Positions 49,503-54,567 of a stretch of DNA of 54,567 bases are shown one piece after another (the first letter of the stretch is position 1; the number at the start of each line of letters is the position of its first letter). The position numbers and the translations under genes are program-made. The notes under the pieces were generated by a model that searched no databases, had not been told where the DNA came from, and was given only the letters and a program-made list of their open reading frames with translations. Origin of the DNA: Anaerolineae bacterium (GTDB taxonomy: Bacteria; Chloroflexota; Anaerolineae; B4-G1); NCBI GenBank assembly GCA_016931785.1, contig JAFGED010000206.1, forward strand, positions 1 through 54,567, in the 5' to 3' direction.

Positions 49503-50618
49503 CTATTTTGGGGGGCTCGCTTCTGCCGGCCCGATGGGCAAGTGAACGATGACCGTCGTTCCTTGCCCTGCGTTACTCTTTATTTCGACGCGCCCGCCGT
49601 GGTTTTCGGCGTTCCTGCGGGCGACGTAAAGTCCCAGGCCGCTTCCCTTGTGGCCGCTTTTCCAGTCCGAAAATCCGATGCGAAAGATCTTGTCGTGTGC
49701 CTCTGGCGGGATGCCGACGCCTGTATCTCCGATCTCTACGGCGACCCACCTGGTGTCTTCCATCCGTGTGCGCAGCGTGAGTGTGCCGCCGTCGGGCATC
49801 GCCCATCCTGCGTTGCTCAACAGGTTATGGAAGACCCGTTCCAACTGGGCGCGGCTGCCTGCTACCGGCGGGACATTTTCGTCCCACTCCTTCACGACCG
49901 TCACGTCAGGGTGACCGAAGTTGAATTCCTGCACCAGGCGCTCCAGCATATATTGCAGGTTGAGGGGTTCCCAGCGCCAGACCTCGCTGCTATCCAGGGC
50001 CACGGCCACCTGGCCCAGGTCGTCTGCCAGGCGTTTGATGCGGCCCAGGATTTGCTCGATGACCTCGATGGAGCGCTCGCCTTCGGCGTTGCCGGTCACG
50101 AGCTTGCTCAGCGCCTGTACCCGTTGCGTGAGCACGAAATAGGTGGTGCCGCCGATATCGTGGCCTACCTCGCGGGCCAAGAGGCGCAGTTCTTCCTCGG
50201 TCTGCTGGCTGCGGTGGCGCAGCTCCTGCCACTCGAAACCCCGCTCGATGCGCATGATCCATTGCTCGAGCGGTTCCGACTTGTTGACAAAGTCCTTCGC
50301 TCCTCCGCGCATAGAGGCGACGACGTTCTCGTACACACCGTAGGCGCTGAGTATGATCACGTAGGTTTGGTCCAGCAGATGCTTCTCGCGCATCGCGCGT
50401 AACACGTCCATTCCGTCCATTCCCGGCATGTTGATGTCGAGCAACATCACATCCCGCGGGGCCTGCATCAGCTTGGCGAGGGCTTCTTCCCCGCCCTCTG
50501 CGGCCTCTGCTACCCAGCCGCGCGTTGTGGGAGTCGGGTTGTTCAGGAATGCCACCACTTCTTCTCGAAAGAAGGGCTCGTCATCTACCACCAGGATCGT
50601 TTTATGCTCCTTGGACAT
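49503..50618 (-). CDS. Hybrid protein: N-terminal receiver domain plus histidine kinase (HATPase_c) core
   Basis: ILVVDDEPFF, LLDINMPGMDG and IILSAYG (REC). H-box region LAREVGHDIGG. N and G boxes HNLLSNAGWA, EIGDTGVGIP and GSGLGLYVARR. Confidence 0.85.
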   Translation of the reverse strand: MSKEHKTILVVDDEPFFREEVVAFLNNPTPTTRGWVAEAAEGGEEALAKLMQAPRDVMLLDINMPGMDGMDVLRAMREKHLLDQTYVIILSAYGVYENVVASMRGGAKDFVNKSEPLEQWIMRIERGFEWQELRHRSQQTEEELRLLAREVGHDIGGTTYFVLTQRVQALSKLVTGNAEGERSIEVIEQILGRIKRLADDLGQVAVALDSSEVWRWEPLNLQYMLERLVQEFNFGHPDVTVVKEWDENVPPVAGSRAQLERVFHNLLSNAGWAMPDGGTLTLRTRMEDTRWVAVEIGDTGVGIPPEAHDKIFRIGFSDWKSGHKGSGLGLYVARRNAENHGGRVEIKSNAGQGTTVIVHLPIGPAEASPPK

Positions 50619-52422
50619 TTTGGCCTTTCTCTTCTACCGGTATTTCGAGGACAAAGTATAGATCGTCGTCGCGATCCTGCCAGGTGAGATTGCCGGCGTA
50701 GCGGGTCTCCACAGTCTCCTGGGCCAACGCCCACTCGAAGCGGATGGGAGATAGTTCTTCGGGCGTGTTGGCTGTCGGCTCCAGGACGGATATGATGGTC
50801 TCTCTCAACGGCGGCTTGGGCGCGTGTATCTCTGTGTGCACACTTTGGCCGTCGGCAGATAGCGACGTGCTGACCTCGATCAGCCCGCCGGGCTTCTCAA
50901 AGGCCTCGATGGCCAGGCGAAGCATGGTCGCCACGATGCCGAACGTTTCGTTGGGTTCGATAGATACCGGCGGCAGGTCCTCGGCATAGGTCGTGTGTAC
51001 CTCCACGCCGCGCCATTGACGCTCCGCGACCAGCCAGATGAGGACGCCGCGTACCACATCGTTCCAGTCGGAGGCCGTGCGCACAAAGCCGATGCGCTGC
51101 GAGAACGTGAGCAGGTTGAAAAGCTTGTCGCTGACAAGGTCCAGGCTTCCTTCGATCTTGTCCAGGCGCTCGATGGCCGCTTCGTGCGAGGAAGAGGTGG
51201 TCGCGCTTCCCAGGGTGGCGCGCAGATTGGCTGTCGCCAGGCGGGCTGCGGCCAGCGGATTTGCCGTCTCGTGGAGGATGCGTTGCGCCAGAGTGCCCAG
51301 AGAGGCAACCTGCTGCATGCGCATCGCGGTGATCCCCACGTCGTTCAAGGTCTCGAGGTAGCGCGCGCCCTCCAACACGCCGCCGATGGCGGTGGAGAGC
51401 AGGCGCAGGTAGTCCTCGTCGGCGTCGGTGAACCAGTCGCGATGGCCGGGTGAGCTGGGGATTTTGTTGATCAACTCGAGTGTGCCCAGGATCTCTTCGC
51501 CCAACTGGAGAGGGACGCTCACGAAGGAGCGGTACATGCCGGAGGGGAGGTGTGAGGCGACTTGCGCGGCGTAAGGGTCGCGCCAGCCCTCCAGCGCGGC
51601 GGGCTCGCGTATCTGGATCGCATCTCTATCCTCGATGACGTGGCCCGTCAACCCCTCTCCTGCTGTGTAAACCAGTTTGCCGACCAGCTCTTGTGGCAGG
51701 CCGCTGGCGGCGCGCAATGCCACGCGGTGGATATCCTCGTCGGTGCGCAAATAGATCTGGCACGCCTCGGTGCGGAAACCCTTTCTGACCCGGCCAGCTA
51801 CAGCCTGCAGCATGTCGTCGATGGGGCGTCGCGGATCGAGCTCGCTGCTGATATCGAGCAGCAGCTCAAAGTAGCGGGCGCGGCGTTTCTCCTGCTCGTA
51901 GCGCTGCGAGTTCTCGATGGCGATGCTCACCAGGGCGGCGACCTGCTTAAGCAGGGCCTCGGCGTTCGCCTCAAAGCACTCTTGCCCGGATACCCGCAGC
52001 ACGCCGAGCACGGTCTTTTCGTCTCTGGAGAGGATTGGCACGCCCAGGTAGGCCTTGTCCGGCTCTGGACTGATCTCGGTGTACTTTTTGCTCCAGACCA
52101 GGTCCTTGGCGATGCGGCGCAGGGCCTTGCGGTCCTGGACGTTGGCGATGCACAGCGGGCGGCCGTGCTTGGCGATCCAGCCGGTCAGTCCTTCTCCCGG
52201 CCCATACTCGATCCGCTCGTCCGGCATCTCCGTGCTTTCCTGGAGGCCCGTGGTGCTGCGCAGGACGTAGCGGCCGGTGATGCTGTCGCGCAGAAAGATG
52301 GACGAGCCGTCGGCGCCGAGCCGGTCGCGGGCATAGCCCACGACCAGTTCCATTAGCCGGTCGCGGCTCAACTCGCCATAGATCTCGAGCAGTTTGTGGT
52401 CAAAGCCTTCTGTCTGGTTCAT
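50602..52422 (-). CDS. Sensor histidine kinase with two GAF domains
   Basis: ORF 50602..52641 trimmed to ATG 52422 (MNQTEGF). The upstream extension only translates MITE-B copy 2. GAF-like segments (SSIFLRDSITGRYVLRSTTGL and ACQIYLRTDEDIHRVALRAASGL). H-box LAQRILHETANPLAAA. 17-nt overlap with the next gene. Confidence 0.8.
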   Translation of the reverse strand: MNQTEGFDHKLLEIYGELSRDRLMELVVGYARDRLGADGSSIFLRDSITGRYVLRSTTGLQESTEMPDERIEYGPGEGLTGWIAKHGRPLCIANVQDRKALRRIAKDLVWSKKYTEISPEPDKAYLGVPILSRDEKTVLGVLRVSGQECFEANAEALLKQVAALVSIAIENSQRYEQEKRRARYFELLLDISSELDPRRPIDDMLQAVAGRVRKGFRTEACQIYLRTDEDIHRVALRAASGLPQELVGKLVYTAGEGLTGHVIEDRDAIQIREPAALEGWRDPYAAQVASHLPSGMYRSFVSVPLQLGEEILGTLELINKIPSSPGHRDWFTDADEDYLRLLSTAIGGVLEGARYLETLNDVGITAMRMQQVASLGTLAQRILHETANPLAAARLATANLRATLGSATTSSSHEAAIERLDKIEGSLDLVSDKLFNLLTFSQRIGFVRTASDWNDVVRGVLIWLVAERQWRGVEVHTTYAEDLPPVSIEPNETFGIVATMLRLAIEAFEKPGGLIEVSTSLSADGQSVHTEIHAPKPPLRETIISVLEPTANTPEELSPIRFEWALAQETVETRYAGNLTWQDRDDDLYFVLEIPVEEKGQNVQGA

Positions 52423-52425
52423 GCA

Positions 52426-52566
52426 AGCCTTGCTTCGCAGTTGCCTTTCGCGACAAAAAGAGGAGGAAGGCGGGGGGTTCGAGGGCGGCGAAGCCGCCCT
52501 CGAACCCCCGTCTCTCCCTTTTTTTGAGCGAGGGCCACTGCTCGGGCGAACAGCCTGAGTAGATAC
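52426..52566 (-). mobile_element. MITE-like element B, second copy, truncated at the end facing the GAF kinase start codon
   Basis: The reverse complement aligns with 41480..41640 (tactcaggct.ttcgcccgagcagt..ccctcgctc.aaaaagggagaga.gggggtt ... cgcgaaaggcaactgcgaagcaaggct). One TIR is retained (CTGAGTAGATAC, 52555-52566) and the other is missing. The central 17-bp stem differs in sequence but is perfectly paired (52473-52489 with 52493-52509). Confidence 0.7.
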
Positions 52567-52699
52567 GGTTAGATAATGGTGGCCTGCGTAGGCGCTTCGC
52601 TCGCAGCGGTAGCATTGTATGCTGGGAGCGGGAAAAGTCAAGCCTTGCCCGCATTTTGCACAATCACCATTTGGAATGAGGGGGTGATCAAGGCCCTGG

Positions 52700-52728
52700 A
52701 AAATAAAAGGGCACCCGAGCGGGTGTCC
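52700..52728 (-). terminator. Rho-independent terminator after the PAS-GAF-STAS gene
   Basis: Minus-strand RNA GGACACCC gcuc GGGUGCCC (one mismatch), followed by UUUUAUUUU. Confidence 0.6.
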
Positions 52729-52800
52729 TTGTTTAGTGGGGGCTGGGAACCAGCCGGTGGCCTTCGAGTTATCAGCCCACCTCGCATCCCCGTCACGTTA

Positions 52801-54282
52801 TCACTTTGTTAGCTTGATCCCCAGGCTGTCGAGCGCGACTAGCAGTCCTGTCTGCAGACTGTTCAGGGTCTCGACGCCACTCCAGTCAATCCCCAGGTCT
52901 ACTAGGGTTTCGGCCACCGCGTCGGAGATGCCGGTGATGATAGTGTGAGTGCCCTTGAGGCGCGCCGCCTGGATAGTCTGGTTCAGGTGATTGGCCACCC
53001 CGCTGTCCACGATGGGCACGCCCGTGATGTCCAAAATGACCACCTTAGCCCGATGTTCCCTGATTCCTGCTAGCAGCGCGCGCGTGATGTCCTTGGCGCG
53101 AAGCGAGTCTATGCCTCCGATCAGTGGCATCACAATGATGCGTTCCCTCACCGGAATGATGGGGGTGGAGAGTTCCAGGAGAGTTTGCTGTTGGGCCCTG
53201 ATGACCTCCTGTTGTAGGTGCTCACGCTCATCGAGACTCTCTTTCAGTTCTCTCGTACGTTTTTCGACCAACTGTTCCGTGTTTTCGAACAGCCAGGCGT
53301 TCTCGAGGGCGTTGGCTAGTTGATCGGCCATGATCTGGAGCACGGCGATGTCGTCTTGACTAAAGGTGGCCTCTTGGGTGCTGTGGATATTCATGGCTCC
53401 AATAACCTGTCCCCTGCTGATGAGGGGCAGGGCCAATTCGGAGCGTGTCTTTGGCAATAGTGGGTTGTCGAAGCGAACGGTTCCCTCGCCGGCGTCTAGA
53501 GTGAGGCAAGCCTCGCCTTTGGTGATGCATTGGCCAATCATTGATTGGCCGGCTATCTCTAGCTTGTATCCCTCTTCTAGCATCTTGGCTCCGGCTTCGC
53601 CCGTGCCGGCACGCAAGACAGCGAACTCGCTCTCCTCGTCTGGCAGAAATAGGCCAACGTAATAAAAGTCGAACCGCTCTCGGACCAGGTCCACCACCTG
53701 TTGGATCAACCTGTCTGGGGCAAGGACGCTACTGGCAGCGCGCGAAACCTCGGCGGCGGTTTGCAGTTGGAGCGCCCGACGTTCCAGCGCCAACTCCGCC
53801 AGCTTGATTTCTGTGATTTCCCGACCCAGACCCACGATCCCGATGATCTTGCCCTGGCTGTCGCGCAGAGGCACTTTGGTCGCCAAGTTCCAACGCGGTC
53901 GGCCGTCTGGGCTATCTATCGGTTCTTCGCGGTTGATTATTGGTTGACCGGATTCCATGACACCCACCTCGTCGGCGCGAAATTGCGCGGCCAATTCCGG
54001 TGGCACAAGGTCAAAATCCGTCTTGCCCAGGATGTCGTCCAGGCTTTTCATCCGCATGCGCTGTACCAATGCCTTGTTGCACATGATAAACCGGCTCTCG
54101 GTATCCTTGGCATAGATGCGATCGGGTACGTTGTCTATCATCGTCTTCAGTAGATCGCGTTCTCTAATCAGGGATTCCTCTGTCCGCTTGTGTTCGGCCG
54201 CTGACGCTTCCAATTCGGCAATCCGCGCGCGCGCCGTTGCCAATTCCTCGTCCATCTGCTTCATCTGTTTAGTTTTGTTCAT
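52801..54282 (-). CDS. PAS-GAF-STAS signalling protein (RsbR/anti-sigma-antagonist-type output)
   Basis: ORF 52801..54315 (TTG). ATG 54282 (MNKTKQMKQ) follows AAGGGG. Coiled coil, then PAS (MIDNVPDRIYAKDTESRFIMCNKA), GAF (VVDLVRERFDFYYVGLFL...ALPLISRGQVIGAMNIHS) and STAS (IIVMPLIGGIDSLRAKDITRALL..VVILDITGV). Confidence 0.8.
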   Translation of the reverse strand: MNKTKQMKQMDEELATARARIAELEASAAEHKRTEESLIRERDLLKTMIDNVPDRIYAKDTESRFIMCNKALVQRMRMKSLDDILGKTDFDLVPPELAAQFRADEVGVMESGQPIINREEPIDSPDGRPRWNLATKVPLRDSQGKIIGIVGLGREITEIKLAELALERRALQLQTAAEVSRAASSVLAPDRLIQQVVDLVRERFDFYYVGLFLPDEESEFAVLRAGTGEAGAKMLEEGYKLEIAGQSMIGQCITKGEACLTLDAGEGTVRFDNPLLPKTRSELALPLISRGQVIGAMNIHSTQEATFSQDDIAVLQIMADQLANALENAWLFENTEQLVEKRTRELKESLDEREHLQQEVIRAQQQTLLELSTPIIPVRERIIVMPLIGGIDSLRAKDITRALLAGIREHRAKVVILDITGVPIVDSGVANHLNQTIQAARLKGTHTIITGISDAVAETLVDLGIDWSGVETLNSLQTGLLVALDSLGIKLTK

Positions 54283-54567
54283 TTCACACCCCTTGCACTT
54301 TTCTGCATCACCCAATGTGCAAAGTCATACGATAGTGTCGAAGGGAGCGGGATGATGGTTTGTGCTCCTTTTGATCGCGTTGCCTGAATGAATGATCGCC
54401 TGCGACGTTTACGTGTCACGATCAAAAACAGCCATTGGTTTGAAGGCGGCGCTGAAACAATACTATCTTATCACGATTCCCTGACATGAACAAATAGGAG
54501 TGCCAAGTCGGGTGCATTTGCCCCCTGGGGCAGCGGGAACTCGGTTTAAGCGAAATAAGCATAACAC

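Overview
All calls were made by eye, with no HMM, BLAST or folding runs, so family names are motif-level calls and many start codons are provisional. This is a high-GC bacterial chromosomal segment. Spot counts of single 60-nt lines give about 70% G+C in most genes, with islands near 48-50%. The protein content suggests a Chloroflexota-like monoderm, but that is inference only.

Layout:
(i) 1-2.4 kb holds a macro-domain protein, a convergent S41 C-terminal-processing peptidase and a small unknown protein.
(ii) 2.85-41.5 kb is entirely on the + strand. It holds 13 consecutive very large polytopic membrane proteins of GT-C (PMT_2/ArnT-like) type. They fall into four N-terminal architectures, here called A, B, C and D. 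All end in 1-3 copies of one shared extracytoplasmic module of about 125 aa, 23 copies in total. The run is interrupted only by a secreted beta-helix/PKD protein and a ZIP metal transporter. It is closed by a Wzy_C (O-antigen ligase/polymerase-like) protein and an unknown membrane protein.
(iii) 42.1-54.3 kb is entirely on the - strand. It holds a prepilin peptidase, two LCP-domain proteins (one fused to a zf-HC2 anti-sigma N-terminus), an ECF sigma factor and two lower-GC unknown envelope proteins. It also holds a DUF2233-type phosphodiester glycosidase lipoprotein and a four-gene signalling cluster (REC, REC-HK, GAF-HK, PAS-GAF-STAS).

The non-coding layer is unusually rich:
- two duplicated promoter cassettes, one giving apparently leaderless mRNAs;
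- a relic fragment of a type-B gene;
- two MITE-like elements with perfect 12-bp terminal inverted repeats and 8-9-bp target-site duplications;
- a family of long G5...C5 palindromes with compensatory changes;
- 7-8-nt tandem repeats sitting on gene 5' ends;
- a 3-copy motif in front of the ECF operon and its two neighbours.

No rRNA, tRNA or CRISPR array was seen.
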